64,000 bases of DNA, from IMG/VR virus record IMGVR_UViG_3300045988_126367; one strand, 5' to 3'. Source of the DNA: a virus. A program made the position numbers and the translations under genes. Every line of letters starts with the position of its first letter. Within the stretch, counting starts at the first letter, position 1. Shown in pieces: positions 1 through 9,148 of the stretch. The notes below the pieces were generated by a model, which searched no databases, was not told the DNA's origin, and saw only the letters and a list, made by a program, of their open reading frames with translations.

Positions 1-120
1 CACATGCCAGCCGCACTTGTCCATCAGCACCATCGCCACCATGTCCATGCACTCCCGCGTACCCTTCAGCCGACCCTGCTGTATCAGCCGTTCATCGCGG
101 GATAGATGCTGCTTGCCCAT
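1..120 (-). CDS. hypothetical protein, N-terminal 40 codons only (gene runs off window start)
   Basis: ATG at 118-120 (minus) behind GGAGAAAC RBS-like; reads MGKQHLSRDERLIQQGRLKG; same strand as early operon. Confidence 0.45.
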   Translation of the reverse strand, partial: MGKQHLSRDERLIQQGRLKGTRECMDMVAMVLMDKCGWHV

Positions 121-132
121 AGGTTTCTCCTT

Positions 133-648
133 TTACGTCTCATACCGGAAGGTAAAGCCTCCCAGCATGTCAAATTCTTTCTCTGTCGGGACCTCCTCGC
201 GGCACCGTGCCGAAACCGAGGACTGTCCAACATGATTCTTCTTGGCCGCCTCCGCGGCGGACCGGTAGTTCTCCACCACCTCGCCCCGCCGGTCGATCTT
301 CACCACGGGTTTCCGCCGTGCGGAGGTGCCGTACCGTCTGCCGCCCTCCTTCGGCGTGATCACCTCAAGGTTTTCCAGGCGGTTATCCAGCCGCAGGCCG
401 TTTCGGTGGATGATCCACGTCCCAGGCTTCCTGCCGCCCATAAAGGCGTCCGCCATCAGCATGACCACCGCCTTGGGCCGCGCCCTTCCGTCCTTATGCA
501 CCATCTGCACGGTGGCTCTTACGCTGCCGTTATACAGTCCTGCTTTCAGCGTCAGCCAGTTCCCGTCGCCCAGCTGCCGCTGGATATCGCCCTCTCGGCT
601 GATGCGGTATCGGTACTTATAGCCCTTTATCTCTGCCCACCAGCTCAT
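133..648 (-). CDS. HNH homing-endonuclease-like protein (NUMOD4/HNH_3-like)
   Basis: ORF track 171 aa; WAEIKGYKYRYRISREG N-terminus and HRNGLRLDNRLENLEV HNH_3-like motif. Confidence 0.75.
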   Translation of the reverse strand: MSWWAEIKGYKYRYRISREGDIQRQLGDGNWLTLKAGLYNGSVRATVQMVHKDGRARPKAVVMLMADAFMGGRKPGTWIIHRNGLRLDNRLENLEVITPKEGGRRYGTSARRKPVVKIDRRGEVVENYRSAAEAAKKNHVGQSSVSARCREEVPTEKEFDMLGGFTFRYET

Positions 649-947
649 GTGTCCGCCTTTTCACACCGGCGCAGCGTCAGGCTCTCGGCCAGCTCGCCGG
701 CGGCCATTTTCCGCCGCTTCGTTCTCTGGTGTGCCTGGCAGTTGCGGCACTCAGGATACGGGCAGTTCATGCACTGCTCCACCTCTGCCGCCGTCGCCAC
801 CGCCATGTGATAGCCGTCGCCTGTGGTGAATTGGCCTGCGGCCTCGGCGTTCTTGGGGCCGCGCTTGCCGCCCACGTCGGCGGAAAGCCACGGCAGCACC
901 GCGCCGCTTGCCATTCTCAGGTACATCGCCTTTGCGTTTCCTCCCAT
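645..947 (-). CDS. hypothetical Cys-rich protein
   Basis: 100-aa ORF, stop overlaps next start; CMNCPYPECRNC cluster. Confidence 0.45.
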   Translation of the reverse strand: MGGNAKAMYLRMASGAVLPWLSADVGGKRGPKNAEAAGQFTTGDGYHMAVATAAEVEQCMNCPYPECRNCQAHQRTKRRKMAAGELAESLTLRRCEKADT

Positions 948-951
948 TTTG

Positions 952-1431
952 CTATACCTCCGTAATCGAAAAGCCGTACCGCTCCCGGAACAGTTTCGCC
1001 TTGTTCCGGTATACCTGCGTGCGGTACCCCTTCGCGTCCTCCACCACCTTCAGCCAGTGCACGTCGCCGTTGCAGTCCGGCGCCGTCTTGCGTTCGTACA
1101 CAAAGTCCGCCACATAGTACTCGCCATTGTGCTTCACGCCCTCCGGCGTTTTGAATCCTTCTATCAGGCAGAACCGCACCTGCAATTTCAGGTCCCGGAT
1201 CATGCCCGTCTGCCGCAGCAGCATCAGCTCGTCATACCGGCGGGCCTCCTTCTGGGAATCAAATATCAGTTCGCCTCGTCTGGCCTTCTCTGCGTGATAC
1301 TTGCTTCCTTTCTTCTTTTTTTCTTCTTCGGCGGCCCTGGTTTTCTCCGCCTCCCGCGCCATGATCTGCGCCATGGCCTGCTGCTGGGCTCTCGGCCCCA
1401 GCCGCGCCAGATCCGCCACAGAATAGCCCAT
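952..1431 (-). CDS. DUF1064-type protein (putative PD-(D/E)XK resolvase-like)
   Basis: SQKEARRYDELMLLRQTGMIRDLKLQVRF...YYVADFVY pattern typical of DUF1064; sits after DnaB. Confidence 0.7.
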   Translation of the reverse strand: MGYSVADLARLGPRAQQQAMAQIMAREAEKTRAAEEEKKKKGSKYHAEKARRGELIFDSQKEARRYDELMLLRQTGMIRDLKLQVRFCLIEGFKTPEGVKHNGEYYVADFVYERKTAPDCNGDVHWLKVVEDAKGYRTQVYRNKAKLFRERYGFSITEV

Positions 1432-1445
1432 GCCTTTGTTCCTCC

Positions 1446-1544
1446 TTATCGTCCCAGCCGCACCGCCAGCGCCTTTACCCTTCGCTCGTACTCCTTGGGT
1501 GAAAGCCCCTGCTGGCGCAGCTTCTTCTTTTCTTCTTCATACAT
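1446..1544 (-). CDS. small hypothetical protein
   Basis: internal Met of 61-aa ORF (MYEEEKKKLRQQGLSPKEYERRV); chosen to avoid overlap with the dnaB 3' end. Confidence 0.3.
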   Translation of the reverse strand: MYEEEKKKLRQQGLSPKEYERRVKALAVRLGR

Positions 1545-1560
1545 GCGCCAATCCGTTCTC

Positions 1561-2943
1561 TCAGTCGTCCTCCGATCCGAAAGACCGGCTTGCCCCGCTT
1601 CTTCCCTTCTTGCCATAGCCTCTGCCTCCACTGTCGTCCTCGTTTCGGTAACTCAGTTCCATAAAGGTCATTTTCGCGCCCTCGAAATAGAAGTTCACGT
1701 CCCCCGTCCGGCCTCGCCTATTCTTCGCCACGCTGCAGCCCACCTGACTCACGTCTGCGGGGTCCGTTTTCCAAAGGAACAGCACCTTCACGGCGTTCTG
1801 CTCCAACTCTCCGCTGTCACGCAGGGAGGATAGTCTGGGCTTGTCCGTCTCGTTCACGGTGCGGCTCAACTGCGCCGCCGCCACAATGGGGATCTCCATT
1901 TCCGACGCCAGCAGCTTCAGCTCCCTGCTGATGCCGCCCAGCTCAAGATTCCTGTTTTCGGACTTCTTTTCGCCGATCATCAGCCCCAGATAGTCCACCA
2001 CGATCATTTTCAGTCCCTCAATGCCCAGCGCCAGTTCATGGATACGGCTCACCGTCACGTTCGGCCCATCGTAGAAGTAAATAGGCAGCTTGGCCTCCAT
2101 GCTGGCCTCATATGCAATGTGCATCCACAGTGTTTCGTCGCTCTCCGGCACCCCGTCGATCATCTGGTCCATGGTCAGGCCCTCCACGTTCTTCGCCAGC
2201 AGGCGTTCGCCCACCTCTCCGGCCAGCATCTCCGCCGTCACGTACAGTACCGTGTTTCCTTTCCGCGCCGCCGTCTCCGCCAGCGCCATACACATGGCGC
2301 TCTTGCCGCATCCCGGCCTTGCGCCCACCAGGATCAACTGCCCAGGCCACATACCTTTCAGCGTGGCATCCAGCAGTGGGAATCCCGTGTCGATCCGGTT
2401 GTCCTTCCGGCCCGACGCGCTGTCCATTGCGTCCTGCATGGCCTCCGACATGGTTTTCAGCCGTCCGCCCCGCCGCGCCTTCATCTTCTGGTGGCATATT
2501 GCCGCCACCGACGCCTGCGGATCATCCTCGTCCCCCAGCGCCTCCATCACCGCTCGGGTAAAGCGGGTTTTCTCCGCCTTCTTCCGCACGATCTGGGCAT
2601 ATTCCATCACGTTGGCGCTGGTTGGCGTCACTTCCATCAGCTGGATCAGGTACTTTCTTGTGGTCTCCGTATAAACGCCGGAGCGCTCCATCTCCGCCGC
2701 CACGGTCACGCCGTCAATAGGCTTTGCTCCCGCGTGCATCTGCCGGATCACCCGAAACACGTCCTGATTTGTCTTTATGTAGAAATCATCTTCCTCCAGG
2801 CATTTCAACACGTCTTTCACGCACCTGGCGTCTATCAGCATGGAACCCAGTACCGCCTGCTCCGCCTCCGCGGAATAGGATGCCTGCCAGGGTAATGAAA
2901 AGCCCTGATTCTCGCTGCCTTTTTCAATCACGCCGATCTCCAT
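1561..2943 (-). CDS. dnaB: replicative DNA helicase DnaB
   Basis: 460 aa; DnaB N-domain (AEQAVLGSMLID), Walker A GARPGCGKSA, SRELKLLASEMEIPIVAAAQLSR. Confidence 0.9.
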   Translation of the reverse strand: MEIGVIEKGSENQGFSLPWQASYSAEAEQAVLGSMLIDARCVKDVLKCLEEDDFYIKTNQDVFRVIRQMHAGAKPIDGVTVAAEMERSGVYTETTRKYLIQLMEVTPTSANVMEYAQIVRKKAEKTRFTRAVMEALGDEDDPQASVAAICHQKMKARRGGRLKTMSEAMQDAMDSASGRKDNRIDTGFPLLDATLKGMWPGQLILVGARPGCGKSAMCMALAETAARKGNTVLYVTAEMLAGEVGERLLAKNVEGLTMDQMIDGVPESDETLWMHIAYEASMEAKLPIYFYDGPNVTVSRIHELALGIEGLKMIVVDYLGLMIGEKKSENRNLELGGISRELKLLASEMEIPIVAAAQLSRTVNETDKPRLSSLRDSGELEQNAVKVLFLWKTDPADVSQVGCSVAKNRRGRTGDVNFYFEGAKMTFMELSYRNEDDSGGRGYGKKGRSGASRSFGSEDD

Positions 2944-2950
2944 CTCACCG

Positions 2951-4036
2951 TCACTCCTTCACAGGCCCCTGATCCCGCACCATGTCGGCGAAGATGCTAT
3001 TGAAATGCTTCTTGAAGTCAAAGGCGGACTGCACCTTCCTGCCCCACCATTCGCTGTCCAGCGAATAGTCCATGACATTTGCCATGGTTTTCCAGCTCAC
3101 CTTGTTTTCCTGATGAAGCCGTTCCATGGCATCCGCCCAACGCTGCAGGTCGTCCTCTGTAGGCTGCGCCCACCCAGGATTGTCCATTTCCTTCTGCTCA
3201 GCAAAGTAGCGTGCCGCACGGTATGCCTTGCTCTCTGGGGGATAGACGGTCTCCGGCGCTTTCTTCCCCCTGTCCAGTTTGTCAAACAGGATGCCCTGAT
3301 AGTTGTTTGCCATGCTGTACCGTATCTGCTGCGCCACCGCACCATCTCCCATGGCTTTGGCCTTGTTCACCAGTTGGGAGATCAGGTTCTGATACCCCTT
3401 GGGCTTATAGAATTCCTTTCGGTTCCGCTCCCACTTGTAGTCCAGCCACTCATTCACCGCATCCAGCAGGTCGCCCGTAAAGCGTTCTTCTGTCTTTGGG
3501 TCCATCACAGGGCGGCTTTTTTTCTCCTTGTCCCCCCGTGGGGGGATATAGGGGGGTATATCTTCTATCTCTGACTCTATCTCTGACTCTGACTCTGACT
3601 CTCCGTAACCGATTTCGCACGGTGTTGTAACATCGTTACCGCCATGTTCGGGCAGGGCGCTGTTTTTCCTTGCCCGATACTCCCGCATACGCTGTGCCGC
3701 AGCGCCCTCGCTGCCCACATTCTTCACGGAGAAAGGCAGAAAAACCTCTGTCAGATCGTCGGACGCCTCCGCCAGTCCGCAGGAGATCAGGTACTGCAGC
3801 GTGACCTCCACATTGGCGGGATCTTCGTCCAGCTCCAAGGCCAGCTCGTCGGCAATGTTCTCCTCCAGCCCCGACCATTTCAGCGTGCCATCGTGCTTCA
3901 TTGCCACCAGCTGCATTTTCAGGTAGATGATGACGTAGGTGTCGCCTCCCGCGATCTTCCGCAGTTTTTTAATGCGCTTTGAGGTGAAGAAATCGTCATA
4001 CAGCCGCAGCCAGAAATACCGCTTTTCCTCCGCCAC
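2951..4036 (-). CDS. phage replisome organizer / DnaD-like replication initiator
   Basis: N-terminus MAEEKRYFWLRLYDDFFTSKRIKKLR matches the phage_rep_org_N pattern; GTG start after AAGGAGG; acidic (ES/EI)n linker encoded by DNA repeats. Confidence 0.8.
   Translation of the reverse strand: MAEEKRYFWLRLYDDFFTSKRIKKLRKIAGGDTYVIIYLKMQLVAMKHDGTLKWSGLEENIADELALELDEDPANVEVTLQYLISCGLAEASDDLTEVFLPFSVKNVGSEGAAAQRMREYRARKNSALPEHGGNDVTTPCEIGYGESESESEIESEIEDIPPYIPPRGDKEKKSRPVMDPKTEERFTGDLLDAVNEWLDYKWERNRKEFYKPKGYQNLISQLVNKAKAMGDGAVAQQIRYSMANNYQGILFDKLDRGKKAPETVYPPESKAYRAARYFAEQKEMDNPGWAQPTEDDLQRWADAMERLHQENKVSWKTMANVMDYSLDSEWWGRKVQSAFDFKKHFNSIFADMVRDQGPVKE
3537..3640. repeat. two exact sequence boxes plus CT-rich hexamer repeats inside the replisome-organizer gene (ori-like), repeated at 26835-26946
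   Basis: box1 CGTGGGGGGATATAGGGGGGTATAT (25 nt) and box2 CCGTAACCGATTTCGCACGGTGTTGTAAC (29 nt) identical at both loci; GTAAC-N3-GTTAC palindrome follows. Confidence 0.75.
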
Positions 4037-4039
4037 AGG

Positions 4040-4219
4040 CTATTCCTCCTTGATCTCACAAAAATCCACAATGCCGCTCCCATATCTCTCTTTGCAGGCC
4101 GGATTCAGCAGGCAGTTGCGGCAATACTCACGGTTTATCGAATTTCTGTTGGCAATGCACCTGTCCAGCATCTCCGCGAACTCCCGCTTTGTGCATGTGA
4201 CTTTAACTTCCACGTCCAT
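4040..4219 (-). CDS. small Cys-rich hypothetical protein (59 aa)
   Basis: hand-translated MDVEVKVTCTKREFAEMLDRCIANRNSINREYCRNCLLNPACK; GGAGG RBS; fills gap between SSB-like and organizer genes. Confidence 0.45.
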   Translation of the reverse strand: MDVEVKVTCTKREFAEMLDRCIANRNSINREYCRNCLLNPACKERYGSGIVDFCEIKEE

Positions 4220-4228
4220 GGCCTCCTC

Positions 4229-4792
4229 TCAGATGCTCAATTCAAAGTCATCGTCTCCGCCGGCCTGATCCCACGGCATGGGCTCATCGTCCTCCATTTC
4301 ATGAAGCCCTCCGGCCACGTCCGCCGTCTGGGGCGCTGCGGCTGCCGCGCTCTGCGCCGTTGGCATTTGCCCCTTGCTCATGGCCTCCAGCTGCGGCAGA
4401 AGGGCGATCAGGCGATACAGCATGTCAACGGGGATCTCCAACAGCGCTTCCAGTGCACCCAAAGGAATCACATGGTCGGCCCGCAGCTCGCTCCACACTT
4501 TTTTCTCGCCGTCCTTGGTGGTGTACGGACGCTGCCGCCAGGTACCCACGGCGATCACGTCATCGCCCTTTTCGAGACAGGCGGCCAGCCTTGTGGCCGC
4601 CCTGTCTCCCATCGCCAGCACGTTCATGAACATCTTGCTGTCGTAGGCAACGCCGAACTCCGCCTTCGGCGTGTGCTTCTGTGGCGTCTCGCTGGTGCGG
4701 GCGTCTCGGCTGACGGAGCCGGTACAGATCATGTACTGGCTCCCGTCAGCGTTGCCCTCTGCATCTACGCATTTTCTGACGAACAGCGGCAT
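4229..4792 (-). CDS. single-stranded DNA-binding protein-like (OB fold, acidic tail)
   Basis: LEKGDDVIAVGTWRQRPYTTKDGEKKVWSELRADHV OB-like core and C-terminal DDDFELSI acidic tip; next to RecT. Confidence 0.55.
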   Translation of the reverse strand: MPLFVRKCVDAEGNADGSQYMICTGSVSRDARTSETPQKHTPKAEFGVAYDSKMFMNVLAMGDRAATRLAACLEKGDDVIAVGTWRQRPYTTKDGEKKVWSELRADHVIPLGALEALLEIPVDMLYRLIALLPQLEAMSKGQMPTAQSAAAAAPQTADVAGGLHEMEDDEPMPWDQAGGDDDFELSI

Positions 4793-5805
4793 TACTGCTC
4801 ACCCTCCCCGAAGAATCCGGCAGAGTAATCTCTTGCCTCCACTTTGGCCTTTACAGCGCGTTCTACACGTTTTTCGGCCTCAGTTGTGTTCTTCGCCTCA
4901 GAGGCCACAGGCGGCTCCACAGGGGCGGACTCAGCGGTTTTCGTCTGTACCTCTCCGGTGCTCTCGTCCACCACGTAGCCCGTGGTGGGAACCACCGGTT
5001 CCTGTCCGCCCATCGGCATATCGGGGATCACGCCGTCGTCGCTGTCCTCATTGAAGTAGCTGCGCACCTCGTTGCTCAAGGGAGCATAGCCGCTGTTCAG
5101 CAGCTGCCGCAGCATGGTCTTGCGGCACATCTTGTCCTGGCCGCCGCCCACGTCGTACCAGGGCGTACCCCTCAGCAGCTTCTTCTGCTCATCGGCGCTC
5201 AGTTCTCCGGCGATCATGGCGTTGTACTTTTCCAGCTTAAAGGCGGGCGAATAGCGGTCTGCGTGGCGCAGCAGTTTGTCCATGCTCCAGTATTCGTAGC
5301 GAAACGCACCGTCTTTCAGCTCGTAATAGGCGTAGTAGCCGATGATCTTGTGGCTTTCCCTCTCCTCATCCGTGTCATACTTGGCAAGGTTGATGGTGGG
5401 CTTTCCGGTGCGGCGGTCGCGGCCTTCCAGCTCACCCTCGCGCACCTCAATGCAGTCGATGTCGGCGTAGTGACCCGTGGACATCGCCAGCTGGCAGTAG
5501 CCTTTGTAACCCATGCTGAACTGCGCCACCGAGTCATAGGGCACGATGTAGTAGCCGTGGCCGTAGATCAGGCCCATGCCCTCGCCGCGCAGTCCGGCGG
5601 CAATGATGGTGCCTGGGTCGCACTTTTTCAATGCGTCGCTGGCGCTCACCGCGCCGATCAGCGTACTGGTGAACCGTGCCGCCATCCGATTGTCTTTCAG
5701 CGCCCGCATGATCATCTGCTGGGTGCCGGGCGCCGTAATTGCCATGCTGAATGTTTTCTTCTCCCGCGTCACAGGGGTGAATCCTGTCTGATTCTGTGCT
5801 TTCAT
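4792..5805 (-). CDS. recT: RecT-family single-strand annealing recombinase
   Basis: 337 aa; GYKGYCQLAMSTGHYADIDCIEVREGEL and surrounding RecT-like blocks. Confidence 0.8.
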   Translation of the reverse strand: MKAQNQTGFTPVTREKKTFSMAITAPGTQQMIMRALKDNRMAARFTSTLIGAVSASDALKKCDPGTIIAAGLRGEGMGLIYGHGYYIVPYDSVAQFSMGYKGYCQLAMSTGHYADIDCIEVREGELEGRDRRTGKPTINLAKYDTDEERESHKIIGYYAYYELKDGAFRYEYWSMDKLLRHADRYSPAFKLEKYNAMIAGELSADEQKKLLRGTPWYDVGGGQDKMCRKTMLRQLLNSGYAPLSNEVRSYFNEDSDDGVIPDMPMGGQEPVVPTTGYVVDESTGEVQTKTAESAPVEPPVASEAKNTTEAEKRVERAVKAKVEARDYSAGFFGEGEQ

Positions 5806-5814
5806 GCTTCCTCC

Positions 5815-6771
5815 TTACTCCTTCGGCACCGGCATAAACCGGATGCCGTTTGCTTGCATATAGTCTCTCAGCCCGTCCAGTTTCCTCGCCGTGCTAATTG
5901 CGAGGAACGCCACTTTGTACTCAGGCTCCTGTACGGTGGCCTGTTCAAAGGCTTCCCGCTCCGTGGAGCGGATCACATCCGCCACGCTGGGGGCATCGGC
6001 CAGCTCCTGGCCATCCTCGTCCACCAACTCGTTCACGGAACCGGTCTCCGCCTGCTGCCCGTACATCTCAGGCGGCATGGCGTACATCTTGAAGCGCTGT
6101 TCCTTCTTCGCTTCCGACTCCCTGCGCTTGCGCTCGTCCTCCTCGGCTTTCAGCTGCGTCAGGGTATTGTTCTTCATCAGCACCGCGCCGATGTTCCGCG
6201 TCGTGCGGTATTCCGCCAGCAGCTCCGTCTCAAACTCGCTGCCCAGTGCACGGATGGCGTTCAGGTCGGCGCGGCACCGGTCAATGGCGGCGCACATGTC
6301 CGCCTGGGCTGTGCTTTCGGCATAGGTGGCGTTCAGCCACTTGGGGTTGAAGCAGTCGTCGAAGGTGATCCACTCCGCCATATCGCCCACGGTCTTGGCG
6401 AAGTAGTCCATCAGCCGCAGCCGCTTCTCCTCCTTCACCGCGTTCTCCATGGCCTTGATCTGCACGTCCAAAGCGTTGGCCGCCTCGTCGCACAGGGCCG
6501 TCAGCTCCTTGCACTTGGCTTCAAAATCGCTGTAAGCCTCCATCGCCGCCGCCTTCGCCAGCTTCCGGCTCTCGTCAATGCGGTCGCGGACCTTCCGGAT
6601 GGAGGCGCGGTACTGCTTGCACTGGCTCATGCTCTCCGGCGTCACCGCCATGGTGCGCAGCGGTTCCAGATTCTCCGTCAGCCACGCCTTCGTCTCGTCG
6701 AAGTTGGCGCTGATGCTCTGCTTCCGCAGCTCCTGCAAGTCGCTGGTGATTCGGAACTCGATCATGTTCAT
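5815..6771 (-). CDS. DUF1351-like phage protein
   Basis: 318 aa, coiled-coil rich, directly upstream of recT as in many Firmicute siphophages. Confidence 0.5.
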   Translation of the reverse strand: MNMIEFRITSDLQELRKQSISANFDETKAWLTENLEPLRTMAVTPESMSQCKQYRASIRKVRDRIDESRKLAKAAAMEAYSDFEAKCKELTALCDEAANALDVQIKAMENAVKEEKRLRLMDYFAKTVGDMAEWITFDDCFNPKWLNATYAESTAQADMCAAIDRCRADLNAIRALGSEFETELLAEYRTTRNIGAVLMKNNTLTQLKAEEDERKRRESEAKKEQRFKMYAMPPEMYGQQAETGSVNELVDEDGQELADAPSVADVIRSTEREAFEQATVQEPEYKVAFLAISTARKLDGLRDYMQANGIRFMPVPKE

Positions 6772-7010
6772 GCCTGCGGTTCCTCCTCGTCATACTGGGT
6801 GATCCACTTCACCCTGTCGGCCCACTCCGGCTTGATGTCGCTCTCCGGACAGTTGACCTCCACCACGATGGCCCGCTTCGGTTCCTCATTGCCCGCCGGA
6901 GCCAGCACCTTGTCGCCCACCTTCAAAAAGGGCAGTCGGGTGCGGAAGGTATAAGACGCACCGGCGTAGCCGTTGCTCTGTGGTTTGTAATACTTCACCT
7001 TGCAAATCAT
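6768..7010 (-). CDS. hypothetical protein
   Basis: 80-aa ORF, start/stop overlap with neighbours. Confidence 0.45.
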   Translation of the reverse strand: MICKVKYYKPQSNGYAGASYTFRTRLPFLKVGDKVLAPAGNEEPKRAIVVEVNCPESDIKPEWADRVKWITQYDEEEPQA

Positions 7011-7285
7011 TTTTCGTTTTCCTCCTTGTTTCTCTCCCGCAGCACGGGAACCACGGCCATGGCCCGTTTCAGGTCAGGTGTTTCCTCTACCAGATCGACC
7101 AGCGAACGCTGCAGCAGGTCGATCAGCGTCGCCGCACCGATAAAGCTGATATCTCCGCGCCAGCAAACTTGAGCATCCGCGCCGCTCTCATCGTCTATTG
7201 CAACGCCAAAAATGATGTAGTTGCCCTCCGCCGTGTCCACGGTTTTGCCCGTGTCCAAATCCGTAAGCGTCACCCGCACATTCAT
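7007..7285 (-). CDS. hypothetical protein (paralog-like of 7282-7629)
   Basis: internal Met MNVRVTLTDLDTGKTV; ATGA overlap with upstream stop; same N-terminal pattern as neighbour (MKLKLVMSDAETGEV). Confidence 0.45.
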   Translation of the reverse strand: MNVRVTLTDLDTGKTVDTAEGNYIIFGVAIDDESGADAQVCWRGDISFIGAATLIDLLQRSLVDLVEETPDLKRAMAVVPVLRERNKEENEK

Positions 7286-7629
7286 TTCGCTGCTTCCTCC
7301 TTTTTCTCCGCGTTGGCATCCACCCAGCCACCTGTCGCTTCTTTGATCACTTCGTTCACCAGTTTCATAAGCGCGTCCTTGTTCAGTCTCATCGTGATGT
7401 CCTGCACGCTCTGCGGCGCTTCCTTTACGGCTTTCGATACGGAATTGTGTACATGTTGCAGGCACTGGGCATATCCGTAAGCAGAAAGATCATCGGTTGT
7501 TACCCGGCTTTTATAGTTCAGCTCCTTCCCATCTTCCGTTGCGAAGCACATCATAGCGAATTTCAGGTCGGTGGCCTCCTGCAGCACCTCGCCCGTCTCC
7601 GCGTCGCTCATCACCAGTTTCAGTTTCAT
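7282..7629 (-). CDS. hypothetical protein
   Basis: 115-aa ORF in operon. Confidence 0.5.
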   Translation of the reverse strand: MKLKLVMSDAETGEVLQEATDLKFAMMCFATEDGKELNYKSRVTTDDLSAYGYAQCLQHVHNSVSKAVKEAPQSVQDITMRLNKDALMKLVNEVIKEATGGWVDANAEKKEEAAK

Positions 7630-7642
7630 GTTCTTTCTCCTT

Positions 7643-8293
7643 TCAGAGTCGTAATATTGCTGCGGGGGGTATCCCCGTCAGTACATTGTTTTTCCAGAAA
7701 TGCTCAAGCTTCGGAATGATGTAATCAATGTCTGTTTGGCACTCTGTTTTCTCGAATTTGTAACACCGGAGAGTTCCGTCGCCCTCCGCGTTCACCAGCA
7801 ACGCCCACACTACGGCGTAGTCGTACTCGCCGGTAAACATCTGTTCACAAATCTGCGCATAGTAAAGGTCTGGGATTTTGTCACGCCACTTGTCCCAATC
7901 GGCGCGGTTTAAACAAGTGGCCGTCTTGCTCTCGTAGATGCCGCGTCTGCCGGTCTCGCGCTCCACCAACTCGCCGTCCGGCGTACAAGTCAGGAAACTA
8001 TACCGGCCCGTCTGCCGCACGATCAGGTAAGGTTCAAAACTCAGCTCGTACTCTGGGTGCATAAGCCGAAACATGGCTCTCAGTGGTTCTTCCGCCCGGT
8101 TGCCGAAGTCGATACGCTCATTTCCGCTTATCTCCTTGTTTTCCACAGCGCCGATCTTCTCCCGCCACAGCTGCAGCGGCGTTTTGAAGTTGGACACTCC
8201 CAGAACTATTCCGCAGTCGCTTGCACCAAGCCCACCACGACGGCCTTCAAGCCACTCTGCGCGGCTTCCATATACCGTCCGTTCCGTCATCAA
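7643..8293 (-). CDS. YqaJ-like (lambda Exo-type) viral recombinase exonuclease
   Basis: 216 aa; GASDCGIVLGVSNFKTPLQLWREKIG YqaJ signature. Confidence 0.8.
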   Translation of the reverse strand: MMTERTVYGSRAEWLEGRRGGLGASDCGIVLGVSNFKTPLQLWREKIGAVENKEISGNERIDFGNRAEEPLRAMFRLMHPEYELSFEPYLIVRQTGRYSFLTCTPDGELVERETGRRGIYESKTATCLNRADWDKWRDKIPDLYYAQICEQMFTGEYDYAVVWALLVNAEGDGTLRCYKFEKTECQTDIDYIIPKLEHFWKNNVLTGIPPAAILRL

Positions 8294-8405
8294 GACCGCC
8301 TCCGTTCCTTTCGGTCAATAAAAAAAGCGCCGCCAAGCAGTTCGGAAATTCCGAACCACTCGACGACGCTCCGCCCTTCCCGCCAACTGACTTAGGCGGG
8401 GTACG

Positions 8406-8546
8406 CTATTTGGTTTTCAGCTCGTCCCGTTTCACCACCACGATTTTCAGCCTGTCTTTCAAGGGGATCAGCTCTACTCTCTGCCCCCTCGCCAGTGCCG
8501 CGTTGATGGCGAATACCTGATCCGCCGTAAGATTTATGGATGCCAT
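8406..8546 (-). CDS. small hypothetical protein (46 aa)
   Basis: hand-translated MASINLTADQVFAINAALARGQRVELIPLKDRLKIVVVKRDELKTK; not in ORF track (<60 aa). Confidence 0.3.
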   Translation of the reverse strand: MASINLTADQVFAINAALARGQRVELIPLKDRLKIVVVKRDELKTK

Positions 8547-8764
8547 TCTCTCTCCTCATATGTATAAAGCCCAAGGGCTTTACAGCTTGTCCATACGCCC
8601 ACCATGGCGATCACCACGAAGATCAGCAGCCACAGCGGGCCGCCGCTGCTCACGCCGCCCAGGAAGCCCAGAGCCGCCATGGCGCTGACGCCCAGCAGCC
8701 ACTTCCACTTCCGGTCACGCCGGCGCTCGTTCCGCGTTCTGCTCACTGTCTGTGTCCTCCTCAA
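8534..8764 (-). CDS. small membrane protein
   Basis: 76-aa ORF with two hydrophobic segments; start uncertain. Confidence 0.4.
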   Translation of the reverse strand: MRRTQTVSRTRNERRRDRKWKWLLGVSAMAALGFLGGVSSGGPLWLLIFVVIAMVGVWTSCKALGLYTYEEREWHP

Positions 8765-8900
8765 AGTCGTCTCCGCCGCACTTGGGGCATCGTTCCTCCC
8801 GCCGCGTCTCCCAGCCGTTCTCGCCGTCCAGATTCTCTCGCACGGTCACGATCTCCGGCCTGCGGAATCGCTTTCCGCATGTATAGCAGCGGTATCTCAT
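8715..8900 (-). CDS. zinc-ribbon protein
   Basis: internal Met MRYRCYTCGKRF...CPKCGGDDF (CxxC x2); ATGA overlap with upstream stop. Confidence 0.45.
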   Translation of the reverse strand: MRYRCYTCGKRFRRPEIVTVRENLDGENGWETRREERCPKCGGDDFEEDTDSEQNAERAPA

Positions 8901-9148
8901 TTCTTCGCCAGCAGGCACTCGCACAGCTCCTCCATGGGGATGTGCAGCTTCTTGCAAGCCCTGTCCAGTTCACGCAATGTGAAGTCCATCGGTGTGTCCT
9001 GCTTCCGGTGCAGCGTCGAGGGGGATATTTTCATGGCCGTTGCCAGGTTCTCCCGTGTTACCCTTTCCGTACCCATGGCCCCCCGCAGCATCCGGCTCAG
9101 TTTCTGATCCACTGGGTTCGTCCCCAGCAGCGGTCTTACTTTAGGCAC
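8897..9148 (-). CDS. putative HTH DNA-binding protein
   Basis: 83 aa; VTRENLATAMKISPSTLHRK helix-turn-helix-like. Confidence 0.5.
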   Translation of the reverse strand: MPKVRPLLGTNPVDQKLSRMLRGAMGTERVTRENLATAMKISPSTLHRKQDTPMDFTLRELDRACKKLHIPMEELCECLLAKK